From positions 221,015 through 285,014 of the forward strand of contig NW_005201259.1 of NCBI RefSeq assembly GCF_000372725.1: a stretch of 64,000 bases of DNA, given 5' to 3'. The notes under the pieces are model-generated. The model saw only the letters and a program-made list of their open reading frames with translations. It searched no databases and was not told where the DNA came from. The translations under genes and the position numbers were made by a program. Origin of the DNA: Emiliania huxleyi CCMP1516 (lineage: Eukaryota). This document shows, one piece after another, positions 54,180 through 64,000 of this stretch (position 1 is its first letter; every line of letters begins with the position of its first letter).

Positions 54180-56821
54180 TCAAGGCATCGCCACAGTCGA
54201 CAGCGGCTTGCCCGCCTTGCGCGAGCGGCTCTCGACTGCCACGAGCGCCGCCTCGAGCTCGGAGAGGAGCCGCTTCTTCTCCGCGCGTAGCTGCAGCGCT
54301 AGCGCGCGCCGCGGCGGGCAAGCGGTGGAACGCGCCTCGGCGAGGTCCGCCTTGCGCGCGCCCCCCATCGCCGCGCGCGCCGCCTTGCAGTACGAGCGGA
54401 GCGCCGCCCAGCAGCGCGCCTCCGTCTCGAGCGAGACGGCGCCGCGCAGCCGGGCGAGGTCGCCGGACACCTGCGGGCAAGTTCGGGGCACGCTCCGCAG
54501 GAAACTCCACGCGCGCAGCCGGGGCGAGCGGCGCTGGGCCGCGTCCTCCACCGAGCCCAGAAGCAGCCGCAGCGCGTGCCAGATCTCGGCTGTATCTCGG
54601 CTGTATCTCGGCTGTATCTCGGCTGTATCTCGGCTGTATCTCGCCTCCTCCACCGAGCCCAGAAGCAGCCGCAGCGCGTGCCACGTGCCTTGTGGCGCCC
54701 CGCGCGCAGTCAGCTCTGCCGAAGCGAGAGAGGGGCCGAGGCCGAGCGAGTCGATGAGGCCGACCCGCCGAGTCACCTGTGGGAAGGCCCGGGGACCACC
54801 ACTTCCGAGCAAATTCACGCCGAGCCGAGGAGACGTCCCCGCCGAGTCACCTCCGCCTCGCCGCCGCCGCCGCGGAAGCTGTCGCGCGCCACCGCAGCGA
54901 CGTGCTCCGGAAGGCCGACGGCGAGGAAGGAGTCGTGCGGGTTGGATGCCTAATCCATTCCTTCCTCGGTCGGGTCCCTTCCTTGCAGGATCCATTCACA
55001 GTCGCGCGGGCGGGGCTGAAGGCCTCGACAAAGCCAAACAGCTGCAGGAGCGCATCGTTGCCTTTGTCGCCGTAAGAGATGTACGCCTCCTCGCCGCGCC
55101 GCAGCGGCGCGCCCGCCGTCAGCACAAACGCATTCGCCTGTAGTAAGACGCAGGCGGTGTGAGGAGCCGCGGCTGGGCGCAGGACGGGACGTCTGTACGC
55201 GGCCGCGTGCATGCCTGCCGGCCCGGCACGAGTGGCCCCGCCCGCCTCTGTGGTGCGTCTAGGAAGTGTCCAGGAAGTGCCTAGGAAGTGTCTAGGAAGT
55301 GGCCCGCCTGCCTCAGCGGTGCGGTGTGGAGCGGTGTAGGCGTAGGTGTGGCGTGTGGGTGTGGCGTGTGGGTGTGGCGTGTGGGTGTGGCGTGTGGGTG
55401 TGGCGTGTGGGTGTGGCGTGTGGGTGTGGCGTGTGGGTGTGGCGTGTGGGTGTGGCGTGTGGGTTTGACGCGCTGTGTGTGTGGTGAGGCACGAGGCACG
55501 CCTCCGGGTCAAAGGAGCAGCCGTTCACCGCCCCGGACTTGTGGTTGAACGAGTCGAGCATCGGCATCAGCGCCATGGCGAAGGAGGGGTCGTTGACGGG
55601 CTCGCCGCCGATCGCGCCCTTGAGGTCGTCGAGGGAGGGCAGCTTCGGCATCCGCGTGGCCACCTATGGTCGAGCCTCCGCCGATCGCTCGTCAGTGAGT
55701 CCACGGGAGCCGCTTCTCCGCAGCCGTACTGGACCACGGTCGACAGCTCCGACCTCTCCCACGCCTGCGCACGAGGACAGGCGAGCTGGGGGCGGGAGGA
55801 CGGGCGCGCGCAGCGTGCTCCGAGCACCGCGGCACACGGGCTACGAGTACAGCGGGTACAGCGAACGGTCAGCCGAGTCTATCCCGAGTGCCAGTCGGAA
55901 TACAGGGCATCCGTATTCGGCGTCTGGGCTCGGGCGCCTTTTGGAATCCGCTCTTCGGCGGCGGCGGAGGAGGCAGCGGCGCCTGCGTTGGGGGAGCACA
56001 AGGGCTGGCGGTGCAGGGCGTGGGGCGGAAATGAGCGAGGGCTGGTTGGGAGCGAGGGCCTGTCTGTTGTCTCCCGCATCTATCTGGTGCATCTATCTGG
56101 TGCATCTATCTGGTGCCGCCCGGGACCCCATCGCACCCGACGTGGCGCCGCGCTCGCCCTTGTTGATGTCGGAGGCGAAGGCGCGCGAGAGGACCAGCTG
56201 CTGTGCCCACGACAGCTCCTCTAGGGTGACCGAGCCGGCGTCGGCCCCTCCACCCGCGCGGAGCGCCTCGAGCAGCCGCCGGATCGAGTCGCGCTGCTCT
56301 CGAACCGCCGCAGCGAGCGGCGGGTAGCGCAGCTCCGCAAGCTCGGCGTCGGTCCAGTCGAGGAGGCCGTCCTCGAAGCTGGCGGGCGAGGGCAGGTAGT
56401 CGATGTACCCGCAGATCTCCGACGCCCTCCCGCGACGCGACTCGGCGAGCAGCCACACCGACAGCCGCTCGTGCCAATCGAGGCTCGCCCAGAGCCGAGT
56501 CGGCGCGAGCCGCTCGCAGGGAGAGGCGCCCGCCTTGGTCGGGTCGACCGCCAGCGAGGCCAAGTCGAGGCAGCGCGTGCGCGGCACTACGCACAGCACC
56601 TCGCCCTCCTCCACGTCCGCCGTGACGATGACGTTCCGGAGCTCATCTGCATCGTCGATGCGGATCTTGGGCGCGACGATGCCAGCGCTCGAGGCCCACC
56701 CCTCGAACGAAGACGCGATGCCGCCGGCAGGCGGCGGAGTAGTAGAGTAGGTGAGAGCGTGTAGCGGCGATACGCGAAGCAGGAAGCTGAGCAGGAAGCT
56801 GAGCAAGAAGCTATCCCGCAT
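54180..56821 (-). CDS. SET-domain protein lysine methyltransferase (Rubisco LSMT/SETD3-like), probably plastid-targeted, multi-exon
   Basis: Signal-like MRDSFLLSFLLSFLL; DVEEGEVLCVVP, YIDYLPS, WAQQLVLSRAF, ALMPMLDSFNH, GEEAYISYGDKGNDALLQLFGFVE; substrate-binding-domain-like C-terminus. Confidence 0.9.
55345..55465. repeat. 13-bp intronic tandem repeat (GTGTGGGTGTGGC)n
   Basis: Seen directly. Confidence 0.93.
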
Positions 56822-58310
56822 TTTTGAGCAGCGGAAAAAACTCGGCGTCGTTGAGCAGACGAAAGGTATCCGCATTTTGTAGCGCCCCAGGAAAGGTATC
56901 CGCATTTTAGGCTCAACCACCCTTGCGCTCCGCCCCGCTCCCCTCCCCTTGCTTGTGTCCAGCCTTAAGTAAGGTCCCTCGGGCCAGTTTCGGGGGGCAA
57001 ACCCCGCCCGGCCCCTAGAACCCCGGGTAAGGCCCAGGTATGGCCTAGGGCATCAGAAGGGACCAAGAGGAGTCCAGTCTGAGCCATAGAGCCCATGTCT
57101 TTGCCCCCGAAGGTCGCGTTCAAATGCCCGGAACGGCCGTCACAGTGGTGTCCGGCCGGCGCGATCACCGATTGAAGGTTGTGCGTTGTGTTTTGTGTTT
57201 TGTGCGAGGCAAGAAGTCAAGGAAAAGCAACTACTACGTAGCGGGAGAGAGGGAGGGGGGGGGGGGCGGGGGGGGGGGGGGGGCGCGGTCGCCGACGACG
57301 GGCACACCTCATCAAACCATCCCGCTCGCGAGTTTGCGCGGGAGTTGCGCAGGCAAAGCCAACGTCTTCATGCCGCTAAACCGCGTGTCCACCCTCACCG
57401 ACCTGAGCATTGCACCAGCGCCGCACGCGACCGCCCCTTCCGATGCCTATGCCGCTGACACGACGGCACTGACCGGGCTGTCCCTGCTGGGCAAGCCCCT
57501 GCTCACGGCGCCTGATGCCGTCAGCCCGTTGGTAGTAGCCGCAAGGCGGCTCCAGTTGGTCGAGCAGCGGCTGGCGACACCGGGCAAGCGCGGTGGGGAT
57601 GGAAGTCCGTTGATGAGCTCTTCCTTTGGGCCGGCGGGCCACCCTCTCGCCTACCAGCCCCAGGTGCCTCGTGCGCCCCCACCCATCAGCAAGCACCGTA
57701 GCCGCAAGCATCGGTGGGGAGCGGCTGTCGCTGCCGCCTCGCACCTCGCTGTGAGGGAGGGTGGGCAGCGGGCGGTGCGGTCATCTGCTGGGCGCGAGCG
57801 CTCGTCAGGAGAGGGCAGGCCTTGCGTAGCTGGGTGAGACGTGGGGACCTGTGCAAGCACTCCTTTCCGGTCTCCTGTGCAACTCACGTGTGTGTCCCCA
57901 GCACGCGCAGCAGAGTGCAGAGCACGCGTGTTGACTCTGTCTACTGGTGTGCTGTTTACGTACTTATACGCGCAATAGTCAGGCACTTGGGGGGGATATG
58001 CGCCGCGCCATCACGTCGACGCCCAGGCCGCCCCTCCCGCGCCATGGCCCATGGGTCCCGCGCCCCTGTGTGTGGCGCACATGGCGCGTGGCGGTCATGG
58101 TGGCCCGGTGCAGCCATCTCCCTTCTCCCATCTGCCATGCGGATTGCGGTCGGCACGTGGACCGCACCCGCAGTGGGCCATGGTACGCACGAGCGGCACG
58201 AGCCGCGAGCGCGCCGCGCGCGGCGCGGGGCGCGCAGCCTCCACATCGCACATGCAAGACCCCCGATATGCGTCTTGATAGCTCTACCCAAGACAAAGAA
58301 TGCAATACGG

Positions 58311-59970
58311 TCAACGAAGATGTCTCCCTGACCCCGGCACCCGGCGCTCGAAGATCTGCCTCCTGGAGGCCAGCTGCCGTTTCGCCGCCGCCGTCAGCTG
58401 TCTTGGCACGCAACCGGGCTCCACCAGCAGACCCGCGCTCGGCCTCACCTGCCGGCCTGGCCGCTCCGCGCAAATCGGCTGCACCGGCGCAGCCTCGCGA
58501 CCAACGCGAGCGGGTGCAGCGCGGCGTGGCCACGCGGACCACCCTCTGGCTGCGCCGCCCGCGGAGATGCAGGGCGAGGGCCGGGAGCCCGACACAACGA
58601 GGGCGGAGCGATGGTAGCCATCGGGCGCCACGCGAGCCGACGCCCGGATGGGAGGGAGGGGCTGGATGCGAGACGCCTGCTGTGGCGCGGGGCGCGCCCG
58701 TGCGCTGCCCAGGGCGTCGAGTGGCGTCCGCGCCGCTGCGCCATAGCCTCTAGTACCAACGCAGCGTGGTGGTTGGTGGTGCACTGGCGGCGGCTCTCGT
58801 GCGGAATGGCGCGAGAGGAGCTGGCGGGCAACCATCCGCGGTAGCACCTGGGTGGGGAGGAAGGCGCGGCTCGGGCCAGGGCGGAGAGTCGTGGCATGGG
58901 GTTCGCGGGACGAACCACCTCGAGCAGGGGCATCAGAGAGAGCCACCAGTTGCGGAGAATGGCGCTGGCCGAGTCCTCGCGCATTGCCAGCGCCGGCGTG
59001 CGCGGAGGTAGCCCGAGGCGATGGCAAAGACGCAGCTCGTTGGAGGCGTACCGTCCCCCCAAATCGGCGCCCCTGCCTCGCCTGCCGCTCGAGCCCTCCG
59101 CTGTGCCAAACTCTGTTGGGCTGCGGAAGCCGCCGCTGCCGTCGCCTTCACCGCCGCCGCCGCCGCCGCCGCCGCCAACTTCACCGCTGCCGCCGTGTGC
59201 CGCGATGGTCTCGATTAGCGTGCCGTGCGAGGCTAGCAGCTCCTCTACGTACTCGGCGCCCTCGCCAGCGCAGCGAGGCGGCGCAGAATCTCCCATCGCG
59301 CCAGCCACCTCCGGCTCCTCCGTTGCCTCGTCGGCGTTGTAATGCAAGCGACAGGCCACTCCTCTGACCATGACACCGCCTCCATCCTCCGTGAGCCGCG
59401 GGGCGAGGTAGGAGGCGGGGCTCGTCGGCCGGCGCCGCGGCGCAGCCCTGCCTGTGCACCAGTCGCTCGACCCTCCAGACTCCTCTCCGCTGTTGGCAAG
59501 GCTCGTCAGCCCTGGCCCGCCTGGCTCGCCCTCCCTCTCGCCCGCGCTTCCTATCCGCGACGCGTCTTCCAGCGGGGAATGGCCAGCGACGCAGAAATAG
59601 GCCCGGCGGCGGGACCACTGCATCGCCTCTGCGAGGTGCGCTGCCGCCCCCGCCCCGCCCTCCGCCACCACCAGGCCGGCGTGCAGCGTGCGGTCGACCT
59701 CTCCGAGCAGAGCCTTGGGAGGAGAGTCGGGCGAGGAGGTTAGGAGTGGGAGGGGGTTAGGAGTGTCAGGGAAGGCAGGGTTGGGGGCGGGGCCGCATAC
59801 GCCGCGAGGGTCGTGGTGTGGTTGGCGGCTGTTGGTACCTCGAGGGATGAGCGGGTGAGAGACTCGTACTCGGCGTCGTAATCGCCCTCCTCCTCGCGAC
59901 GCCCGCTGTCGTGATCGAAGGCAGTGCGCGTAGACCGCGCGCGTTCGTGCCCGACCGTCGACCCGGCCAT
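58311..59970 (-). CDS. Hypothetical protein, possibly FAM149/DUF3719-like, multi-exon
   Basis: Spliceable frames; AEAMQWSRRRAYFCVAG, YVEELLASHGTLIETIA and ILRNWWLSLMPLLE recall FAM149 conserved blocks (recalled similarity only). Confidence 0.4.
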
Positions 59971-60092
59971 CCGCGCGTTTTCCCTCCGCGCGTTTCGCTC
60001 TCCCCCGTCGTTACACGATCCGTTACACGGAGGTAAATTAGGCATCAGTTTTCTTTTTCGATTTCTTGGATCTCAGGCGAAAGAAAGAAAAC

Positions 60093-60643
60093 ATGCGCCC
60101 GATCTCACTGCTCATTTCGCTGCGCACTATGCTTGCCCTCGCCTCGGCATCGTACGGCCTCACGGTCGGCGTCCCGGCCGCGCCCGCCGCCGGCCGCGCC
60201 GCCGCCCCGACGATGGCGGCGGCTGAGTCGCGGCGCAACGTGCTCGCCGCCGCGCTGCTGCTGGCGCCGTCCGCGGCCAACGCGATGACCATTCCCGGGT
60301 TGAATGCGCCGGGCCTCGTGCCCGCCACCAAGAAGCCCGCCGGCGCCAAGCCCAGCTTCGAGTCTTACCGCGACACGTCCCACTTCTGGTCGTCCCAGGG
60401 GGTGCGCACCGCCGCCCGCCGTCCGCCGCTCGCCCACTGCCGCTCGCTTGCCGCTCCTGCACACATGCGCTAGCAAAGGGGGGGGATGTTCCCGCCTGCT
60501 CCCGCCTGCGCCCGCTCTGAGCGCTGCTTCCCGCCTCGCCGCAGATCATGGATTCGGTGCCGAAGGTCAAGGGCATTGTGACGCCCAAGACTCCTGTCGG
60601 CTACGGCGCCCCAAAGGCTCCCGAGCCGCCCGCCGCGTCCTAG
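60093..60643 (+). CDS. Small thylakoid-lumen-type protein with signal/transit peptide and twin-arginine signal; 2 exons (intron 60402-60544)
   Basis: MLALASASYGL...AAPTMAAAESRRNVLAAALLLAPSAANA, then MTIPGLNAPGLVP...FWSSQG|IMDSVPKVKG...PPAAS*. Confidence 0.7.
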
Positions 60644-60879
60644 ATAGCGAGAGGATGCGACCGCAGTCTCGCGCTTGAGAGCGCAATCGTGCGCGCTCCC
60701 GGGGCGTTGCTGGCCTGGGCGCTTGCCGGATGGTTGTGTCGTGCCCCTGGTGGCGTACTCCTTTTTTTCGGACAGCCTCGAGCCTGTCAGCTGTGGCCGT
60801 CTCAAAAAAACGTCTGACGCCTCTCAAAAAATTAGGCTAAGAAGGGGCACGCCGCCGCCTCATGCCCCCTCTCGGATGC

Positions 60880-61707
60880 TCACCGCGCCCGGATAACGCC
60901 GCCTCTCAAGACGTCCACCAGTGCCTGCTCCTCCGCCGCCGCCTCGAACGAAAGCGGGGAATCTGCAGCCGCGTCGTCGGACGGCGAGGCGCTGCGTCCC
61001 TGCATCGCTCTCACCTCTTGTGTGGTAAGCGGCGCGCCGATCCCGCCGTTGCCTGCGTCGCCCGGCCCCATCCCAAGCGCCACCGCGACGCCTGCTGCAA
61101 GCAGCGGCGGCAGGAGGAGGGCGGCCCCTCCCAGAGCTGCCTCCGCCAGCGGGCGTCCTCCCCCCCCGCCCTCGCACATCGCCGGCGGCGGAGCACGAGG
61201 CGGCGGCCGCGGCGGCGCTGAAGGGGGCCGCCGCTCCCGCAGCGCCGCCCGCAGCGCGGCGTTCTCCGCCAGGAGCTGCTCCCGCAAGGATGGCGTCGAC
61301 GAGGCCGCCGCAGCTGGCCGGCCGCCGGCCGCAACTTCTCGAATGTCGGCCTCCAGCAGTTGAGCCGAAGAGACGCCGCCATCCTCTGTGCCGCTCTCCA
61401 CTCTCCCGTCCGCTGGAGCGACTATGTGCTGCACGCGACCGACCACGCCGCCCTGCAGCATCACCTTGAACCCTCGACTGTGACGACGACTGCGCGTGAG
61501 CACGCGCGCCACTGTGCCGTTGGTTAGTAGACCGCTCGCGTAGTCGACTTTCTGCACCACGGACACTCGGTCGCCGACTGCTGGGTATGCCGTCGGCGTG
61601 GGGGCAGAACGACGACGAGGGCCGGGCTGCCGGCGCGGCGCCGCGAGGCCGGCGGAGTCGGCGACGAGCATGAGAACGAGGAACGAAAAGCCCGCCAGCA
61701 GCTGCAT
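60880..61707 (-). CDS. Signal-peptide protein with YwbE/DUF2196-like domain
   Basis: MQLLAGFSFLVLMLVADSAG; PAVGDRVSVVQKVDYASGLLTNGTVARVLTRSRRHSRGFKVMLQGGVVGRVQHI matches the YwbE pattern. Confidence 0.72.
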   Translation of the reverse strand: MQLLAGFSFLVLMLVADSAGLAAPRRQPGPRRRSAPTPTAYPAVGDRVSVVQKVDYASGLLTNGTVARVLTRSRRHSRGFKVMLQGGVVGRVQHIVAPADGRVESGTEDGGVSSAQLLEADIREVAAGGRPAAAASSTPSLREQLLAENAALRAALRERRPPSAPPRPPPRAPPPAMCEGGGGGRPLAEAALGGAALLLPPLLAAGVAVALGMGPGDAGNGGIGAPLTTQEVRAMQGRSASPSDDAAADSPLSFEAAAEEQALVDVLRGGVIRAR

Positions 61708-62172
61708 GGCGGAGCTTTGCTCAGCTCCACGTAGAGCGGCGCGCACACGACCAAGCCTCCAGCTCGCTTGTGGGCGTGAAGTCTGGCGTATGTACCGTCG
61801 GGTCTCTATTTTAAGATGAGGTAAACAGCAATAGATCCGGGTGTAGTGCCGGATCATTTCCTGGAGCCAGGGGGACCGATTCGCGCTTGCCAAGGGACCA
61901 ATTGCTGGAAGCCCGCGCAGCCTGCGCTCCGGCCGGCAGAGGGCTTGCGACCCGTGGCAGGGTGACAGCCCGCCGGTGGGCGAGCCAAACTCTGGCGGAG
62001 GCAGCCCGCTCAGCCCCAGGCGCCCCTCGAACCGGAGGGTGGTCTGCCGCCGCTGCGCGTTGGGCGCGCCGAGGGCGGGAGACATCAGCTTCGCGCCACA
62101 GGTGACCTGGGGGAGGCCGATTCTCGGCAAGTTGGCACTGGCGCGGCTTCTTACCTTCGACGGGAGGACTGC

Positions 62173-62682
62173 GTGCTGGGGGTGATCGAGTCGTTCTACA
62201 TTGTGCAAACGGGCGCGCGCGTGAGCGTGATTGACGAGTGCAAGCGTTCGTGCATCACCGAGACGGATGTTGCCCGCCTTTTCAACGCAGTCGGGCGGCG
62301 GGTGGCTACGGGTGTTCCGGGCGAGGACACCTTCCCGATGGGCGGCTACTTCAATGAGTTCCGACGCGAGGGTGTGAGCGTGGAGCTGGTGCGTGAGCTG
62401 CGGACGGTGGTCACAGGCGCAATCGCTGCGATCGGTGGCGATGTGTCAGCGATCACGGCGAGCGCAAATTCATTCCGCAAGTGGTACAGCGACGCGCAGA
62501 ACGCGACGGCCGTCGCCTTGCTTGGGCGAGGCGGTGCGGTGAACATTGCGATCATGCGGGCTGCGAAGCAGGTCTTTGCCAGATGGTACTGTCCGGGAGG
62601 GCGGCTGTACGTGCCGGGAGCTATGAGCGAGCTCGCGTCGCCGGCGGCCTTCGGTGATTTCGAGGTGCCGGGTGGTTGGTGA
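62173..62682 (+). CDS. Hypothetical ORF, unassigned
   Basis: Complex, protein-like 169-codon frame with no recognised motif and no clear ATG start. Confidence 0.25.
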   Translation: MLGVIESFYIVQTGARVSVIDECKRSCITETDVARLFNAVGRRVATGVPGEDTFPMGGYFNEFRREGVSVELVRELRTVVTGAIAAIGGDVSAITASANSFRKWYSDAQNATAVALLGRGGAVNIAIMRAAKQVFARWYCPGGRLYVPGAMSELASPAAFGDFEVPGGW

Positions 62683-64000
62683 CTGACTGGTGTGGTGCTG
62701 GGGCATACTGGAGAATACTGGAGAATACTGGCGGATACTGCACCGCTGCTTCCGAGCGAGGGCGTAGCGTAGGAGCCGGGCTGAAAAGGAGAAAAAAACA
62801 AGTGGCGCCTTCCCCTTAGCGCTTACTTAGCATGTACATACTATTATACTGCTTAGGACTGGTGGATGAAGGACTGTCTATTGGGATTGACCCCATAGGG
62901 AAAGTGACGCGATGGCATCGTTTGTGGCTCGGCCTGGCGACTGGCCTGCAAGGTCCACCGCGCGCTTACAGCCAACCAAGCGGGTGGGCGGCGCGATCGG
63001 CCAAGCTCCTGGCGGCGCTACTGATGAGCCAGCGGCTGATGTGCGACGTCGACATGGTCGAGGAGCAGCAGTTGAGGCCCAACAACAGTTGGCACCCGGA
63101 AAGTGCAGGCAAAAATAGTACCGGTAATAGAGCAGTTTGGTCGGAGGGCGCCCGGGTCGCCCCGGAGCGGCAAAAGTCGCGAGCGGCAGTCCAGCCAACT
63201 GCCGGCTCGCACGGCAGCCTCTTCCTCTGGACCAGCCTCAACTTCCGTACAGTCAACATTTTGTCGCTGCGTGCTCGTGGCGAGCTGTGGCGGCGGTCGA
63301 AGTTCGCCCAGATTCGGTGACGAGCGCCAGACGATAGTACCGCCTCTGTTCGCGCCCTGTGCATGTCAGGCCAGGCTGCAGCAGGGCACTACCATCGTGC
63401 TGCCCTGCTGCAGCCTGACTTTGCCCACTGTGCACAGTCGCCAGAGCACCACCACCGCCCGGAATCGTGTCACGGCGAGCTCCTTCTGCGCCCGCTCGCG
63501 AGGCTCTCGCGCTGGCACACTTTGGCCATCTGCTGCTCGCGTTCGGCGAGCTCTTCTCCGCACTCCTGCCACGGTGCCGTCACCACACACCTTCTGGCCG
63601 GCCTGAGCCGCGCAGGGTCGCCGGCGGGGGCAACGTATCGACCTCTCTCTCTGGTGCACCACGGGCCGCGACGGCTGCTGGCAGCAGGCGCGAGGAGGCA
63701 GTGTGCCGGCACAGTCGAGCCGGAGCATCGGGTTCTTGATGCTTGTGGGGTCAAGTCTGACCTTATGTGGCATAATATGCAACAATAAGGCTATGCTATC
63801 TCCCGGCTTTTTGAGATATGATCCCTCAAAGTCGAATTATGGTTTACTGGTGGGACCACATACCGTAGTGTCTGTCTTGTTTTGCGTTTCTTCAAACGAA
63901 TCCTTTAAAGTCTCGACAATCACTGAGCTGCTTATGTGGCACCGCAGAGGCTCCCTTGGGGATGCCTGAGGCCACCCCAACCACTCACCAAGCCTTACGT

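Noticed and set aside
57370..57837. Possible plus-strand gene MPLNRVSTLTDLS...
   Set aside because: No recognisable motif and no exon structure I could establish.
62832..64000. Coding-like frames at the window end
   Set aside because: Interrupted by stops and not assignable to any family.

Overview
GC-rich eukaryotic genomic DNA, not prokaryotic. It has intron-containing genes with frequent GC-AG introns, introns filled with 10-13 bp tandem repeats, TTAGGG repeats and plastid- or thylakoid-targeted proteins. This is most consistent with a haptophyte such as Emiliania/Gephyrocapsa huxleyi (an inference). Recognisable genes: CCDC96/CFAP184, an M16 insulinase, VAMP7, a multidomain DnaJ, an HMG-box ORF, an intronless EthA-type Baeyer-Villiger monooxygenase, phosphoacetylglucosamine mutase, a TPR/coiled-coil protein, a kringle-LRR-TM receptor-like protein, L-galactono-1,4-lactone dehydrogenase, a PAQR protein, an NKAPD1-like protein, a CobW/ZNG1 GTPase, an SGNH-like (pseudo)gene, a SET methyltransferase, a FAM149-like protein, a small Tat-signal lumen protein and a YwbE-domain protein. 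Intergenic DNA is a patchwork of TE relics (copia, Harbinger, MITEs) and uncharacterised repeat families. Three signals stand out. (1) Many introns look newly made by duplication of a proto-splice site plus filler DNA (AT hairpin, decamer repeat or telomeric repeat). (2) A non-LTR retroposon family has an (AGTGCTCA)2 tail, 5' truncations and clear target-site duplications. (3) A hairpin-rich ~0.7 kb repeat sits in the same orientation just upstream of three genes. Exon boundaries were read by eye and are approximate. Domain names come from motif recognition, not database searches.
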